This document shows, one piece after another, positions 36,565 to 47,842 of a stretch of 64,000 nt of DNA. Source of the DNA: Thermoplasmata archaeon (GTDB lineage Archaea; Thermoplasmatota; DTKX01; DATEUP01); assembly GCA_041499475.1 (NCBI GenBank), contig JBGQKI010000007.1:30812-94811 (forward strand), written 5' to 3'. Every line of letters starts with the position of its first letter. Position 1 is the first letter of the stretch. Under the pieces are notes generated by a model. That model searched no databases, was not told where the DNA came from, and worked only from the letters and a program-made list of their open reading frames with translations. The position numbers and the translations under genes were made by a program.

Positions 36565-39500
36565 TTGAGGTCCTCCAGTTGGAGGCGAAGGACGACTCCA
36601 AGGGAGAGCAGCTCGTCGCGCAGGAGCTTGAACGCGTAGCTCGTCTGCACCGGGTGGATGTTGCCGTTCTCGCCGGACACCGGGCAGCGCAGCTGGCCGC
36701 GCCGGTCGAGCATCGCGATGTGGCCGCACTTCGGGTCGCCGCAGACGTATTCGATCGTCCCGTCCGACTCGTCGAGCAGCTTGTCGCGGATGACCATCGC
36801 CGCGCCGTGGCCGATGAGGCAGTCGCGCTCCATTTCACCAAACCGCAGGCCGCCCTGGCGGGCGCGCCCTTCCGTCGGCTGGCGCGTCAGGATCTGCACG
36901 GGCCCGCGGGAGCGGACATGCATTTTCCCCGAGACCATGTGGTGCAGCTTCTGGTAGTAGATCACGCCGATGAAAATCTCGGTCTCGCAGCGCTCGCCGG
37001 TCTTGCCGTTGTACATGTATTCCTTGCCGTCGTGGGTAAAGCCGTTGCGGACAAGCGCCGCGCGCAGCTCCTCCTCGTTCTCGCCGGAGAAGGACGTGCC
37101 CGAGATCGTGCGGCCTTCGAGCGATCCCACCTTGCCCCCGATCATTTCGAGGACATGGGCGACCGTCATGCGCGAGGGAATCGCGTGCGGGTTGATGATG
37201 AGGTCAGGCACCACGCCGTCGGAGGTGAAGGGCATGTCCTGCTGGTCGACGATGAGGCCGATGACGCCCTTCTGGCCGTGGCGCGAGGCGAACTTGTCGC
37301 CAAGCTCGGGGGTCCGCTGGTCGCGCACGAACACCTTCACCATGCGCGAGCCGTTCTCGGACTCGGTCAGCATTACGTTGTCGATCCAGCCCTTCTCGCC
37401 GTGGCGCACGATGATCGAGGTCTCGCGCCGCTTCTGGGGTCGCAGGAAGTCCGTCTGCTCCTCGAGGAAGCGCGGCGGGGAGGTCTTCCCGACGAGCACA
37501 TCGCCGCCGTTGACGGCAACTTCAGGCGAGATGAGGCCGTCTTCGCCGAGGTTCCCGTAGGTCGTGTCGACCCTCGCCCCGCGGATGTCGGGGGACGGGA
37601 TCTCGAATCGGTCTTCCTGGCCGCCCGGGTACCTGCGCTCTTCGGCGCGGTACGTCCGGATGAACGAGGAGCGCCCGAGCGCGCGTTCGATCGATGCGCG
37701 GTTGAAGATGAGCGCATCTTCCATGTTGTAGCCGTAGAAGCTCATCACCGCCACGACGAAGTTCTGGCCGGCCGGCCGCTTCGAGAAGCCGAGCAGCTCG
37801 GTGGGGCGCGTCGAAACGAGCGGGATCTCCGGGTAGTGCAGGAGGTGCGACCGCGTGTCGGGCCGGATGCGGAAGTTCGAGAACGAGAGGCCGAGCGACT
37901 GCTTGGCCATCCCCGACCCCATCGTGTTGCGCGGCGAGGAGTTGTGCTCCGGGTAGGGGATGAGCGAGGTGCACACGCCGAGGATGACCATGGCGTCGAC
38001 CTCGAGGTGGGTGTGCTCCGGGGAGAGTTCGCCGGCGACAATCGCGATGAGCGCGTTCTCCTCTTCCTCCGCGTCGAGGTACTCGAGGATGCCCTCGCGG
38101 ATGAGCGGCATGACCTTGAGCCTGCCCGAGCGGATGTCGGTGAGGTGCTGCTCGGTGAGCGCGCTCTTGCCGCCGTTCACGACCACGAGCGGGCGGCGCA
38201 GGCGGCCCTCGTCGCAGTTGATGAGGATCTCATTCATCGATTCGTCGTAGGAGATGTTGACCTCCGTCGAGAGCGCGCCGGTGCGCCTGCGCTGCTTGAT
38301 GTCGCGCAGCAGCTGCTGCGGATTGGAGTGCATGCCGACGAGGTTGCCGTTGAGGTACACGCGCGTCTCGGTCTCGTGCTGGCCCTTGACTTCCTTCATG
38401 CCAAGGTGGGTGAGCTGCCACTGGACTTCGTTCTCGTCGAAACCCTCGCTCACATCGACGATGAGCGCGTAGTTCTTGACAAGGCCGCAGTTCTGGCCCT
38501 CGGGCGTCTCGTTGGGGCAGAGCCTGCCCCACTGGGTGGCGTGCAGGTCGCGCGCCTCGAAGTGCGGCTGGCTGCGCGTCAGCGGTGAGGTGACGCGCCG
38601 CAGGTGCGAGAGCGTCGACATGAACGAGGTGCGGTCAAGGAGCTGCGACACGCCGACGCGCCCGCCGACCCAGTTGCCGGTGGCAAGCGCGTGGAAGAGC
38701 CGCTGCGACAGGATGTCGGGGCGGATGGCCGAGGAGATCTTGAGCTCCTTCTTGCGCGAGTACGACCGCTCGAGCTGGTACTTCAGGTCCTTGCACAGGT
38801 TCGTGAATGCGACCCGGAAGAGGTCTTCCATGAGGTCGCCTGCGAGCTTCAGGCGCTTGTTCGCGTAGTGGTCCTTGTCGTCGGGCTCGCGAAGCCCGAA
38901 CGAAAGCTCGAGGACGGAGCGCGCGACGCGGCCGAGGAAGATGGCTTTCTTGTACCGCGACTCGGGGTCGTTGCCAAGGTGCGGCAGGAGCGAGCGGTCG
39001 AGGATGGACTCGACTTTCTTCGCGCGGTACTCCTTGGCCTGGCCCGTTGCGAACTTGCGCTCGAGGAACGTGATCGCGTCGTCCTTCGTGTGGATGCCGT
39101 GGGGCGGGTAGTTCTTCTCCGACTGGCTCTCCTCGATGTTCGCGTAGAGGATGTTCGCCATTTCGGGCCTCGACACGATCGCCTTGTAGATGTCGGCGTC
39201 GTCGTCCATCCCGAGGGCCTTCATGAGCACGATGAGCGGGATCGAGCCGGAAGCGGCCGGGACGCTGACGGTGAGCAGCCCGTCCTTGCGCTTCTCGACG
39301 AGCGTGAGCGCGCGGTACCCCTCGCGCTGGGAGAAGACCTTGGCCACCTGGATGCGGTGGCCGTAGCGCTCCTGCACTTCGACCATCACGCGGTTGGGGG
39401 CGAGGTCCTCGAGCGAGATCAGCACGCGCTCGGTGCCGTTGATGATGAAGTAGCCGCCGGGGTCCATCGGGTCTTCGCCCATCTCCATCAGGTGGTGCGT

Positions 39501-40019
39501 GTACTCCTCGTCGGTGAGCTCCATGTCCGTCTTGATGTTGTCCCGGTGGAGGTTGCACTTCTTCGAGCGCACCATGACCGGCAGTTCGCCGATCATGATT
39601 TTCTCGGGCTCGCGGTCGATCCCGTTCTCGATGACCGTGCACTCGAGGTAGATCGGCGCCTTGTAGGACAGGTTGCGCAGGCGCGCCTCCATGGGCGTGA
39701 GGTCGTGCGTAGAACCGTCGGCTTCCTTCACATACGGGCGGCCGACGGAAATCGTGGGGCGGGCGTTCGGCTCGATGCGGCCCGTCATGGGGTCGCGGCG
39801 CCTGCCGATCACGATCTGGACGTTCTCCTCGCCGTGCTTGTCCAGGTCGAGCTTGACCACGCCCTTCAGCGACTCGTCGTCGCCGATGGAGATGTTGTCC
39901 ACGATGCGTTGCATCCGCGAATCGGGGTTGTCGTGCGTCGGCAGGAAATCGTTGAACGACGCGATGTGGTGGTTGACGATCGACTTTTCCCTCAGGAAGC
40001 CCTCGACGAGTTCTTTCAC
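36561..40019 (-). CDS. rpoB: RNA polymerase subunit B (Rpo2), unsplit, 1152 aa
   Basis: A full-length single ORF. Motifs include ...[13 protein letters not shown]..., ...[19 protein letters not shown]... and the C-terminal zinc ribbon [10 protein letters not shown]....CPVSG. Confidence 0.97.
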   Translation of the reverse strand: MKELVEGFLREKSIVNHHIASFNDFLPTHDNPDSRMQRIVDNISIGDDESLKGVVKLDLDKHGEENVQIVIGRRRDPMTGRIEPNARPTISVGRPYVKEADGSTHDLTPMEARLRNLSYKAPIYLECTVIENGIDREPEKIMIGELPVMVRSKKCNLHRDNIKTDMELTDEEYTHHLMEMGEDPMDPGGYFIINGTERVLISLEDLAPNRVMVEVQERYGHRIQVAKVFSQREGYRALTLVEKRKDGLLTVSVPAASGSIPLIVLMKALGMDDDADIYKAIVSRPEMANILYANIEESQSEKNYPPHGIHTKDDAITFLERKFATGQAKEYRAKKVESILDRSLLPHLGNDPESRYKKAIFLGRVARSVLELSFGLREPDDKDHYANKRLKLAGDLMEDLFRVAFTNLCKDLKYQLERSYSRKKELKISSAIRPDILSQRLFHALATGNWVGGRVGVSQLLDRTSFMSTLSHLRRVTSPLTRSQPHFEARDLHATQWGRLCPNETPEGQNCGLVKNYALIVDVSEGFDENEVQWQLTHLGMKEVKGQHETETRVYLNGNLVGMHSNPQQLLRDIKQRRRTGALSTEVNISYDESMNEILINCDEGRLRRPLVVVNGGKSALTEQHLTDIRSGRLKVMPLIREGILEYLDAEEEENALIAIVAGELSPEHTHLEVDAMVILGVCTSLIPYPEHNSSPRNTMGSGMAKQSLGLSFSNFRIRPDTRSHLLHYPEIPLVSTRPTELLGFSKRPAGQNFVVAVMSFYGYNMEDALIFNRASIERALGRSSFIRTYRAEERRYPGGQEDRFEIPSPDIRGARVDTTYGNLGEDGLISPEVAVNGGDVLVGKTSPPRFLEEQTDFLRPQKRRETSIIVRHGEKGWIDNVMLTESENGSRMVKVFVRDQRTPELGDKFASRHGQKGVIGLIVDQQDMPFTSDGVVPDLIINPHAIPSRMTVAHVLEMIGGKVGSLEGRTISGTSFSGENEEELRAALVRNGFTHDGKEYMYNGKTGERCETEIFIGVIYYQKLHHMVSGKMHVRSRGPVQILTRQPTEGRARQGGLRFGEMERDCLIGHGAAMVIRDKLLDESDGTIEYVCGDPKCGHIAMLDRRGQLRCPVSGENGNIHPVQTSYAFKLLRDELLSLGVVLRLQLEDLK

Positions 40020-40058
40020 GGTTTTTCCCCCTTCTGGTGTTGACGGCGGCGACGTTGT

Positions 40059-40307
40059 CTAATCGATCACGAGGCGGTACGAGACCGAGATCCCGGCCGT
40101 CTCGCTGTACTTGATGATCTTGATGACCGACCCCTTCAGGATCTCGCCCGTGCGCAGTTCGAGCGCGCGGATCGCGGCGTCGGTGCGCCGGATCTTCGGC
40201 AGCTGCTCGAGCTTGATGTTGTAGCGCTTGAGGAGTTCGTCGACTTTGTCCTCGGGCATCAGCTGATGTTCTGGCACAAGAATGTGGTTCAGCGTTTCAA
40301 AGGGCAT
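40059..40307 (-). CDS. rpoH: RNA polymerase subunit H (Rpo5)
   Basis: 82 aa: ILVPEHQLMPEDKVDELLKRYNIKLEQLPKIRRTDAAIRAL.... The RBS TAAGGAGGAG lies upstream. It is the first gene of the rpoH-B-A'-A'' operon. Confidence 0.9.
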   Translation of the reverse strand: MPFETLNHILVPEHQLMPEDKVDELLKRYNIKLEQLPKIRRTDAAIRALELRTGEILKGSVIKIIKYSETAGISVSYRLVID

Positions 40308-40571
40308 GGGGTCTCCTCCTTACCGGTGTCCGTCCGTAATCGAGGCGCTGCATCTTGCCGGGCGCGGGACCCGGGTCGCTGCGGGCGCCTCTTCCTTGCG
40401 CGAAGCTTCCTTGCGTCCTCGCGCCGTCCCTCTTGCAGGACTTGCCCGGGATCGCTCCCGGGAGAATCCGCTCTTTCGCTTGGGGGGGGGTTTTCGTCCG
40501 GCTTTCTCGTGTTCCAGTAGCGAGAAATCAAACGGGCGCGTGGGGGGCAAACGCGTGCAAAGAAGGGCTAC

Positions 40572-40579
40572 TATTTAAG
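40572..40579. promoter_or_regulatory. TATA-like box TATTTAAG, possibly bidirectional (amidohydrolase on + and the rpoH operon on -)
   Basis: It is the only strong A/T island in the 40308-40604 gap. It lies ~25-30 nt upstream of the TTG at 40605. Confidence 0.35.
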
Positions 40580-40604
40580 CGTTAGCGGCGGCGGGTGCCA
40601 CGTT

Positions 40605-41822
40605 TTGGCGGGCCTCTGGCACGCGTTCCGCAGTCCACGTGAGCGACCCCGTTTTGAAATAGCGTGCGCCCCGTGGGGCGGCCTCGTGAGGCGCAAGACT
40701 TCGATCACCTTCTGGGGTTGGGTGCTTGGCTACGCCGACGACGGCTCGGGGATGGCTTTCGAAAAGCGATTCATCCGCACCGACGGCCGCACGATCCTCG
40801 AGATGGGTTCCGTAAAGCCCTCAAACTACGACTACTCGGGCGTTGCGATCCCCACCCTCGAAGACGCCCACTCGCACCTCGCCGACCGAAAGCTCAAGGT
40901 CGCGCCGGGCACACCAATTGCAAAGGTCGTGCGCCCGCCCGACGGCCTCAAGCACCGCTACCTTGCCTCGGCGAGCGAAAAGGAGGTCGTGGCGTCGATC
41001 CGGCAGGGGATGGACGACCTCGTGCGCACGGGCGCTGCCGTCACGCACGAGTTCCGCGAGGGAGGCATCGAGGGCGTGCGGGCGTTCAGGAAGGCGCTGG
41101 CGTCGATGCCGCCGGAGCGGCGCGAGCACTTCAGGCCCGTGGTTCTCGGGCGACCGGGCGCCTCCACCGAGCGGCCAAAAGACGAGAAGGACTTCTGGCG
41201 GAAGATGAAGCTCCTGCTCCGCGCGTGCGACGGCCTCGGGCTCTCCGCGATCGGCGACGGCGACCCGAGGTGGAACGCCGAGGTCGCGCGGTTCGCGCGC
41301 CGGCACGGCAAGCGCGTCGAAGTCCACTGCAGTGAAAGCGAGCGAGAGAGCGTCGAGGCGGCCATTGAGGCGGGGGCCCAGCAGCTTGTCCACATGGTCC
41401 ACGGCACACTCGAAGACTTCAAGCGCGCCGAGGACGCCGGCGTCCCCGTCGCCGTGTGCACGCGCTCCAACGAGTTCTTCGGCCTGAAGGCGCCCGTCGA
41501 CCTCATGGCAAAGGCAGGGGTCGATATCCGAGTCGGCACCGACAACGCGTTCCTCGGGCCCCCCGACCTGTTCGAAGAGGCGCGCGCTTTTGCCCGCGTC
41601 CACAAGCAAGCCGCGGGCCTTTCGGCCTTCCAGATTCTCTCTTTTTTGCTGCGCCGAAAAGATATAAATGGGGGACTGGCCATCGCGCCGCGCGAAGGCA
41701 GCCAGCCAGATTTCCTCATCGTGACTATCCAGACGGAACGGCCCGAACGAGCCATCCTCGCGCGGGCAAAAGTAGAGGACGTCGCGGCGGTCGTCGGCGC
41801 GCAGGGAGGCCCCCACGCATGA
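40605..41822 (+). CDS. Metal-dependent amidohydrolase superfamily protein (chlorohydrolase/deaminase-like)
   Basis: HxH (LEDAHSHLAD), VEVHCSES, LVHMVHG and VGTDNAF metal-ligand motifs are present. The start is ambiguous: TTG 40605, GTG 40686 or ATG 40752. Confidence 0.75.
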   Translation: MAGLWHAFRSPRERPRFEIACAPWGGLVRRKTSITFWGWVLGYADDGSGMAFEKRFIRTDGRTILEMGSVKPSNYDYSGVAIPTLEDAHSHLADRKLKVAPGTPIAKVVRPPDGLKHRYLASASEKEVVASIRQGMDDLVRTGAAVTHEFREGGIEGVRAFRKALASMPPERREHFRPVVLGRPGASTERPKDEKDFWRKMKLLLRACDGLGLSAIGDGDPRWNAEVARFARRHGKRVEVHCSESERESVEAAIEAGAQQLVHMVHGTLEDFKRAEDAGVPVAVCTRSNEFFGLKAPVDLMAKAGVDIRVGTDNAFLGPPDLFEEARAFARVHKQAAGLSAFQILSFLLRRKDINGGLAIAPREGSQPDFLIVTIQTERPERAILARAKVEDVAAVVGAQGGPHA

Positions 41823-42694
41823 CCAAGGAGCGGGTCCGGTCATCGGCCAAGGTCAAGGAAGTCATGACCACGCAGGTCATTTCGTTGTCTGTCCCCAACA
41901 CGCGGCGCGCGGCCCTGAAGCTCTTCGTGAAGCACCCGATCTCGGGCATCCCGGTCGTGCGCGACGACGGCTCACTGATTGGAATCATCACGCGCAAGAA
42001 CATCTTCGACCACCCCGTCGAGGAGCAGCTCGCGATGATGATGGTGAGGAGCCCCGTGACGATCCGCGACACCGACACGGTGACCGACGCCGCGAAGCTG
42101 ATGCACGACCGCAACATCCACCGCCTGCCCGTGCTCAACAAGGACGAGAAACTCGTAGGGATCGTTTCGCCGATCGATTGCCTCAAGGTCCTTGCAGGCC
42201 TCAAGACCGGCGAGGTCGTTGAGAATTTCATGGCCAAGTACTGCGTGGCCGTCGCCGAGGAGACGCCGGCCTCAAGCGCGCTCACGATCCTCGAAGCGGG
42301 GAACTCGAAGGCGATGCCGGTGATCAACAGGCGCGGCGATGTGACCGGCGTGGTGACGGACCGCGACATCTACACCTTCGCGCTCCAAGCCGACCAGAAA
42401 GGGGTCGCCAAGAGCGACATCGGTGAAGCCGAGCCGGACTTCAACTGGACGTGGGAAGGGGTCGCCAACATTGCGAGCCTCTATGTGCAGGCGGACAAAC
42501 TGAAGATGCCCGCCGACCCGGTCAAGATCTTCATGGTCAAGGAGCCGATTACCGTCTACGGCAAGTCTGCGGTCGAAAAGGCGGCCCGGCACATGACCAA
42601 GGGGCGCTTCAACCAGCTGCCCGTCACCTGGCCGACCGGCAAGCTGCGCGGCCTTGTCAACGAACTCGACCTCCTCCGTTACCTGTGGGAATAG
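41819..42694 (+). CDS. CBS-domain protein (four CBS motifs)
   Basis: From ATG 41819, in an ATGA overlap with the amidohydrolase stop. Repeats such as VMTTQVISL...SGIPVVRDDGSLIGIITRKNIF and IHRLPVLNKDEKLVGIVSPIDCL are present. Confidence 0.85.
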   Translation: MTKERVRSSAKVKEVMTTQVISLSVPNTRRAALKLFVKHPISGIPVVRDDGSLIGIITRKNIFDHPVEEQLAMMMVRSPVTIRDTDTVTDAAKLMHDRNIHRLPVLNKDEKLVGIVSPIDCLKVLAGLKTGEVVENFMAKYCVAVAEETPASSALTILEAGNSKAMPVINRRGDVTGVVTDRDIYTFALQADQKGVAKSDIGEAEPDFNWTWEGVANIASLYVQADKLKMPADPVKIFMVKEPITVYGKSAVEKAARHMTKGRFNQLPVTWPTGKLRGLVNELDLLRYLWE

Positions 42695-42755
42695 GCGGCA
42701 AGCACCCCGCGTCCGAGCAATCCAGCGGCGGGCGGGGCGAAGCGGCGGGAAAGGC

Positions 42756-44513
42756 GTGAGCGTGGAAAAGAGCGGGCGACTCAGGGCGAAAGACGTCTTG
42801 AAGCCGCTCGAAGGCGCGGAGCGGTTCAACGAAGTCGTGGCCCTCGCGGCGCGGCGCGGGTTTTTCGCGCCCTCCGCCGAGATCTATGGAGGGCTCGCCG
42901 GATTCTACGACTACGGGCCGCTCGGCGCCGTGATGATGCGGCGGATGGCGAGCTTGTGGGTCGACTACTGGACGGCGAAGGAAGGGTTCTTCCTCATCGA
43001 CACGCCCACGATTTCGCCGGAGCCCGTTTTCCGAGCGTCGGGCCACCTCGAGAAATTTGCCGACCCCCTGGTCGAATGCCGTAAGTGCGGGACGGTTTCG
43101 CGCGCCGATCAGGCTATCGTCCCGCTCCCGACGCCAGGCGTAACGCCGGAGCAATCGAGAGCGGGCGTCGACACCCTAATGAAGATCGCTTGCCCCAACT
43201 GCGGGTCGGCCGACCTCATCGGTCCGCGCCTGTCGAACCTCATGCTCGAGACGCGCATCGGGGCCGTAAAGCCGACGGTTGCCTACCTGCGCCCCGAGAC
43301 TGCGCAGGGGATCTTCTGGAATTTTCCGGCGCTGCTTCGCCACAACCGCGGCCGCGTGCCGTTCGGCGTTGCGCAGGTCGGCCTTGGCTACCGCAACGAG
43401 ATCGCGCCGCGCAACGCCCTCTTCCGGATGCGCGAGTTCCACATGGCCGAGGTCGAGGTGTTCTTCGACCCGTCAACGAAGACCTGGCCGCGCTTCAAGG
43501 AACTCCAGGGAATCGAGGCGACCTTCCACGACCAGTCCGGGGCGATCCACCTGGCGACCTTCGGCGAGATGGTGAGGTCCGGGGTCATCCGCTCCGAGAT
43601 CGTCGGCCACTTCGCGGCGGCCGCCTTTGAGCTTGTCCGGTCGTTCGGGGTCGCCGACGAGAAGATGCGCCTGCGCCAGCACATGCCGGAGGAAATGGCC
43701 CACTACGCGCAGGACTGCTGGGACCTCGAGCTCGAGACCTCGCTGGGCTGGATCGAGTGCGCGGGCATTGCCGACCGCGGCGCCTACGACCTGACGCGCC
43801 ACCAGGAGTACTCGGGGGCGGACATGTCGGTCTTCGTGCCCTTCGATGCGCCGAAGCTCGTCGAGGTCGACGGTTTTTCGCCGGACTTCCGGGCCCTTGG
43901 CCCGAGGTTCCGCGCTGACGCGGCGGCCGTGGGCGAGGCGGTCAAGGCGGCGACGCCGGCCTTGCTGCAGGGCGACGGCTCGCTGAAGGTCAAGGTCGGC
44001 GGGAAGGACCTCTTCGTCGACCCTGCGCTCTTCAAGAGGGAGAAGCGCAGAGAGAAGAAGACCGGCGAATCGTTTGTCCCGCACGTCGTGGAGCCGGCGT
44101 TCGGCCTTGACCGGATCTTCTTCGCCCTGATGGACGCGGCCCTCGCCCGCGTCGAGAAGGAAGGGGAGCCCTACACGATCCTGCGCCTCGACCCGCGCGT
44201 GGCGCCAATCACCGCGTGCGTGTTCCCGCTCATGCCAAAGGACGGGATGGAAACCGCGGCAGAGCAGATCCACCTGGAGCTCGCTCATTCAGGGATCGCG
44301 AGCCAGTACGACGACTCGGGGTCGATTGGCAAGCGCTACGCGCGGGCCGACGAGGCAGGCGTGCCCTTCTGCGTCACGGTAGACTACGAATCGCTCACCG
44401 ACCACGCGGCCACGCTGCGCATGCGCGACACGCAGGCCCAAGAGCGCGTGCCGATCACGACTTTGGGCGCCCGGATTCGGGCGCTGCTCGCCCACGCAGG
44501 GGGTGCCTACTGA
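42756..44513 (+). CDS. glyS: Glycyl-tRNA synthetase (archaeal/eukaryotic class II type)
   Basis: RRGFFAPSAEIYGGLAGFYDYGPLG, FRNEIAPRNALFRMREFHMAEVEVF and GLDRIFFAL are present. The start was assigned to GTG 42756, since the upstream ORF part overlaps the CBS gene. The start is uncertain. Confidence 0.9.
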   Translation: MSVEKSGRLRAKDVLKPLEGAERFNEVVALAARRGFFAPSAEIYGGLAGFYDYGPLGAVMMRRMASLWVDYWTAKEGFFLIDTPTISPEPVFRASGHLEKFADPLVECRKCGTVSRADQAIVPLPTPGVTPEQSRAGVDTLMKIACPNCGSADLIGPRLSNLMLETRIGAVKPTVAYLRPETAQGIFWNFPALLRHNRGRVPFGVAQVGLGYRNEIAPRNALFRMREFHMAEVEVFFDPSTKTWPRFKELQGIEATFHDQSGAIHLATFGEMVRSGVIRSEIVGHFAAAAFELVRSFGVADEKMRLRQHMPEEMAHYAQDCWDLELETSLGWIECAGIADRGAYDLTRHQEYSGADMSVFVPFDAPKLVEVDGFSPDFRALGPRFRADAAAVGEAVKAATPALLQGDGSLKVKVGGKDLFVDPALFKREKRREKKTGESFVPHVVEPAFGLDRIFFALMDAALARVEKEGEPYTILRLDPRVAPITACVFPLMPKDGMETAAEQIHLELAHSGIASQYDDSGSIGKRYARADEAGVPFCVTVDYESLTDHAATLRMRDTQAQERVPITTLGARIRALLAHAGGAY

Positions 44514-44514
44514 A

Positions 44515-45846
44515 ATGCCGCGCGACCCCCAAGTCCAAAGCATGCTCGAGGCAGCCAGCATCACGGAGGGTGACCTCGTGGAGGTGCTGCTGCGGGGGCG
44601 CGCCGCGGCAGGCGTGCTGATGCCCCACAGCGATTTCTCCGACCCGCGCACCCTCGTCCTCAAGCTCGAAAGCGGGTACAACATCGGCATCACGGTCGAT
44701 GCCCAATCGACGATCCGCCGGAAGGAGCAGCGTCAGGCGAAGTCCTACGCGGGCGCCGACGCCGCGCCGGGGTCCCAAGGCGGGCCGCTGCGCGGTTTCC
44801 TCGCGCTCATCGGCACGGGCGGCACCATCGCCTCGTACGTCGACTACGAGACCGGCGCCGTCCAGCCCGCGCTCACTTCGCGCGAGCTTGCCACCGCCGT
44901 CCCCGAGGTGGCCGCGCGCCACCTGTTGAAGCCCGTCGCGCTCTTTTCCGAGTTCTCCGAAAACCTGCGGCCCGAGCACTGGGTCAAGATCGCCCACGAG
45001 GTGAGGCACCAGATCGAGGAGGGCGCCACCGGCGTGATCATCCCGCACGGGACGGACACGCTCGCGTTCACGGCCGCGGCGCTCTCTTTCATGATAGGGG
45101 ACCCGCCGGTGCCCGTGGTGCTCGTCGGCTCCCAGCGGTCCTCCGACCGCCCCTCGTCGGACGCGTCGTTCAACCTCCTCTGCGCGGCCAAGGTCGCGGC
45201 CGGGGACATCGCGGAGGTCCTGGTCGTGATGCACGACCGCACCGGCGACGAGCGCTGTGCGATCCACCTCGGCGTGCGCGTTCGCAAGATGCACTCCTCG
45301 GCCCGCTCCGCCTTCCGGAGCATCAACGCCACGCCCCTTGGGTTCACGGACGGGAACACCATAACGCTGGCGCAGGGCGCCGTGTTCCGCAAGCGGTCCG
45401 AGGGACGGAAGGTCGCCCTGCGCGACAAGCTGACAGAGCCCGTCGCGCTCCTCCAGCACTACCCGGGGTTCCCCACCTCGCTCCTCAAAACAGCCATTGC
45501 CGACTGCAAGGGCGTGGTGATCGCAGGGACGGGCCTTGGCCACGTCTCCGAGGAGATGATCGGCATCATCGAGCGGGCATGCGCGACGGGGTACCCGGTC
45601 GTCATGACGACCCAGTGCCTTTACGGGCGCACAGGGCTCAATGTCTATTCGACCGGGCGCAAGCTCGTGCAAGCCGGCGTCATCGACGGCGGCGACACGC
45701 TGCCCGAGACCGCTTACGTGAAACTGATGTGGGCGCTTGCCCACGCCGAACGGCCGCACGACGTCAAGACCCTGATGAGGCGCAACTTGGCCGGAGAGCT
45801 TGCCGAGCGGCGGACTTTCGAAGGGAGTGGCGAGGATGAGCACTGA
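44515..45846 (+). CDS. gatD: Glu-tRNA(Gln) amidotransferase subunit D
   Basis: An N-terminal GatD domain is followed by the asparaginase fold (LIGTGGTIAS..., IPHGTDTLAFTAAALSF, VVLVGSQRSSDRPSSDA). Confidence 0.93.
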   Translation: MPRDPQVQSMLEAASITEGDLVEVLLRGRAAAGVLMPHSDFSDPRTLVLKLESGYNIGITVDAQSTIRRKEQRQAKSYAGADAAPGSQGGPLRGFLALIGTGGTIASYVDYETGAVQPALTSRELATAVPEVAARHLLKPVALFSEFSENLRPEHWVKIAHEVRHQIEEGATGVIIPHGTDTLAFTAAALSFMIGDPPVPVVLVGSQRSSDRPSSDASFNLLCAAKVAAGDIAEVLVVMHDRTGDERCAIHLGVRVRKMHSSARSAFRSINATPLGFTDGNTITLAQGAVFRKRSEGRKVALRDKLTEPVALLQHYPGFPTSLLKTAIADCKGVVIAGTGLGHVSEEMIGIIERACATGYPVVMTTQCLYGRTGLNVYSTGRKLVQAGVIDGGDTLPETAYVKLMWALAHAERPHDVKTLMRRNLAGELAERRTFEGSGEDEH

Positions 45847-47812
45847 GCCGCGGGTCGCCGACGCCGGGCTGAAGGTGGGCCTGGAAATCCACCAGCAGCT
45901 CCAGACGGGCAAGCTCTTTTGCCGGTGTCCCTCCGACCTCGAGGAAGCGGTGGCGGGCACGTTCGTCCGGCGCCTGCGCGCCACGAAGTCCGAGCTTGGC
46001 GAGGTCGACCAGGCGGCGCTTGCCGAGGGGCTCAAGCAGCAGCTTTACACTTACGAGATGACGCCCTCGACGGCCTGCCTCGTCGACGCCGACGAGGAGC
46101 CGCCGCACGCCCTCAATGAGGCGGCGCTGGAAGTGGCGCTCACCATGGGGTTCCTCGCCTCGATGGACTTGGTCGACGAAGTCCTCGTGATGCGCAAGAT
46201 TGTGGTCGACGGGTCGAACACCACCGGATTCCAGCGCACGGCACTCGTGGCGGGCGGCGGGGCGCTGCCGATGGCCGACGGGACAAAGCTCGCCCTCCAG
46301 AGCCTGTGCATCGAGGAGGACAGCGCCCGCGAGATGGAGGAAAACGCAGGCAGCGTGACCTACCGCCTCGACCGGCTAGGGATCCCGCTCATCGAAATCG
46401 CGACGGCCCCGGACATCCGTTCGGGGGAGCAGGCGCGCGAGGTCGCGGGGCGGATCGGCGAGCTCTTGCGCGCGACGAGGCGCGCCAAGCGGGGGATTGG
46501 GACGATCCGTCAGGACCTCAACGTAAGCGTTGACGGTGGCAACCGCGTGGAGCTCAAGGGCGTCCAGGAGCTCCGCACGATCCCCCAGGTGATCGCCGAG
46601 GAGGCGCGCCGCCAGCGCAGGCTCGTGAAGGCTGCGGGGGCCTTGCGCGCGCGGGGAGTCGACGCGCGCTCGATGCGGCTCGAGCCTGTTGACCTCACCT
46701 TGGCCTTCGCGCAGACTTCGTCGAAGCTCCTGAAGCGCGCGCTGGGTGCCGGCGGCGCCGTGTGGGGCCTGCGGCTCGAGGGGTTCGCGGGTACGCTTGG
46801 CGAGGCGCTCTCCGGCGAGCCGGGAGTCCGGGTGCTCGGGCCCGAAATCTCGCAACGCGCACGCGTGATGGGCCTCGGCGGCACGATCCACAACGAGGAA
46901 GGCGACCTTACCACGAAATACGGGATTTCGCAAGCCGAGGTCGAGGCTGCAAGGCAGGCGCTGCGCGTCGGACCCGACGACTGCTATGTGATCGCAGCGG
47001 CCTCGAAGGAGGTCTTGGCCCGCGCCTTCAAGACGATCGCCGACCGCGTGCGCCTGTCGCCCCAGGGAACGCCGAGCGAGGTGCGCGCCGTCAACCTCGA
47101 CGACACGGAGCGGTACTCGACGCGGTACCTGCGCCCAATGCCCGGGGCCGCGCGGATGTACCCAGAGACCGACATCCCGCCGATCCCGCTCGATGCCTCG
47201 CGGCTCGCGCGCGTGAAGCAGGGCCTGCCGCCCTACCCCGAGGTCCGCCTGGAGGCGCTCGTGCGGCGGACGGGCATCGCGCCGGCGCTTGGCGCGCAGC
47301 TCGTAGACACCGACAACCTCGACCGCTTCGAGGAAATCGCAATCGACGAGACGAGCGGGTCGGCCCCCGACGCGAGCCAGACGATCGCGGTCAACTCGGC
47401 GCTGGCCCGGCTCCTGCTCACCGATGTCGCCGCCGACGACCGCGAGGGGAAACTCGAATGGGGGAAGGTGAGGCCGGTCCTCGTCCAAATCCGCGATGCC
47501 CTGCGCTCGGGCGAAATTCCGAAGGAAGCCGGGTCCGAGGTCTACGCAGCCGTGTTGAGGAGGGGGACGCCGCTTGCGACCGCGCTGCTCGCTTCGAAGT
47601 CGCTCGACCTGGAGGACGCGCGGCGCATCATCCGCACGCTGGTCGAGGGCAAGGAGGCGCTCGTGCGCGAGAAAGGCAAGGACGCGCAGGGGCCGCTGAT
47701 GGGCGCGGCGATGAAGGAGCTGCGGGGAAAGGTGGACGGTAAGCTGGTCGCGCAGTTGCTGCATGAAGAGATCACGGCCATCCTCGCTGGGCCGAGGGGC
47801 GGCAAGAAATGA
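45836..47812 (+). CDS. gatE: Glu-tRNA(Gln) amidotransferase subunit E
   Basis: GLKVGLEIHQQL.TGKLFCRC, TGFQRTALVA and IRQDLNVSV are present. It overlaps the gatD 3' end by 11 nt. Confidence 0.93.
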   Translation: MSTEPRVADAGLKVGLEIHQQLQTGKLFCRCPSDLEEAVAGTFVRRLRATKSELGEVDQAALAEGLKQQLYTYEMTPSTACLVDADEEPPHALNEAALEVALTMGFLASMDLVDEVLVMRKIVVDGSNTTGFQRTALVAGGGALPMADGTKLALQSLCIEEDSAREMEENAGSVTYRLDRLGIPLIEIATAPDIRSGEQAREVAGRIGELLRATRRAKRGIGTIRQDLNVSVDGGNRVELKGVQELRTIPQVIAEEARRQRRLVKAAGALRARGVDARSMRLEPVDLTLAFAQTSSKLLKRALGAGGAVWGLRLEGFAGTLGEALSGEPGVRVLGPEISQRARVMGLGGTIHNEEGDLTTKYGISQAEVEAARQALRVGPDDCYVIAAASKEVLARAFKTIADRVRLSPQGTPSEVRAVNLDDTERYSTRYLRPMPGAARMYPETDIPPIPLDASRLARVKQGLPPYPEVRLEALVRRTGIAPALGAQLVDTDNLDRFEEIAIDETSGSAPDASQTIAVNSALARLLLTDVAADDREGKLEWGKVRPVLVQIRDALRSGEIPKEAGSEVYAAVLRRGTPLATALLASKSLDLEDARRIIRTLVEGKEALVREKGKDAQGPLMGAAMKELRGKVDGKLVAQLLHEEITAILAGPRGGKK

Positions 47813-47842
47813 CCGCTGCGACCTATGGCCAATGAAATTCCT

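Noticed and set aside
44455-46035. 526-aa ORF on the minus strand overlapping gatD/gatE
   Set aside because: It is antisense to clearly identifiable GatD, shows no motifs, and has the composition typical of high-GC shadow ORFs.
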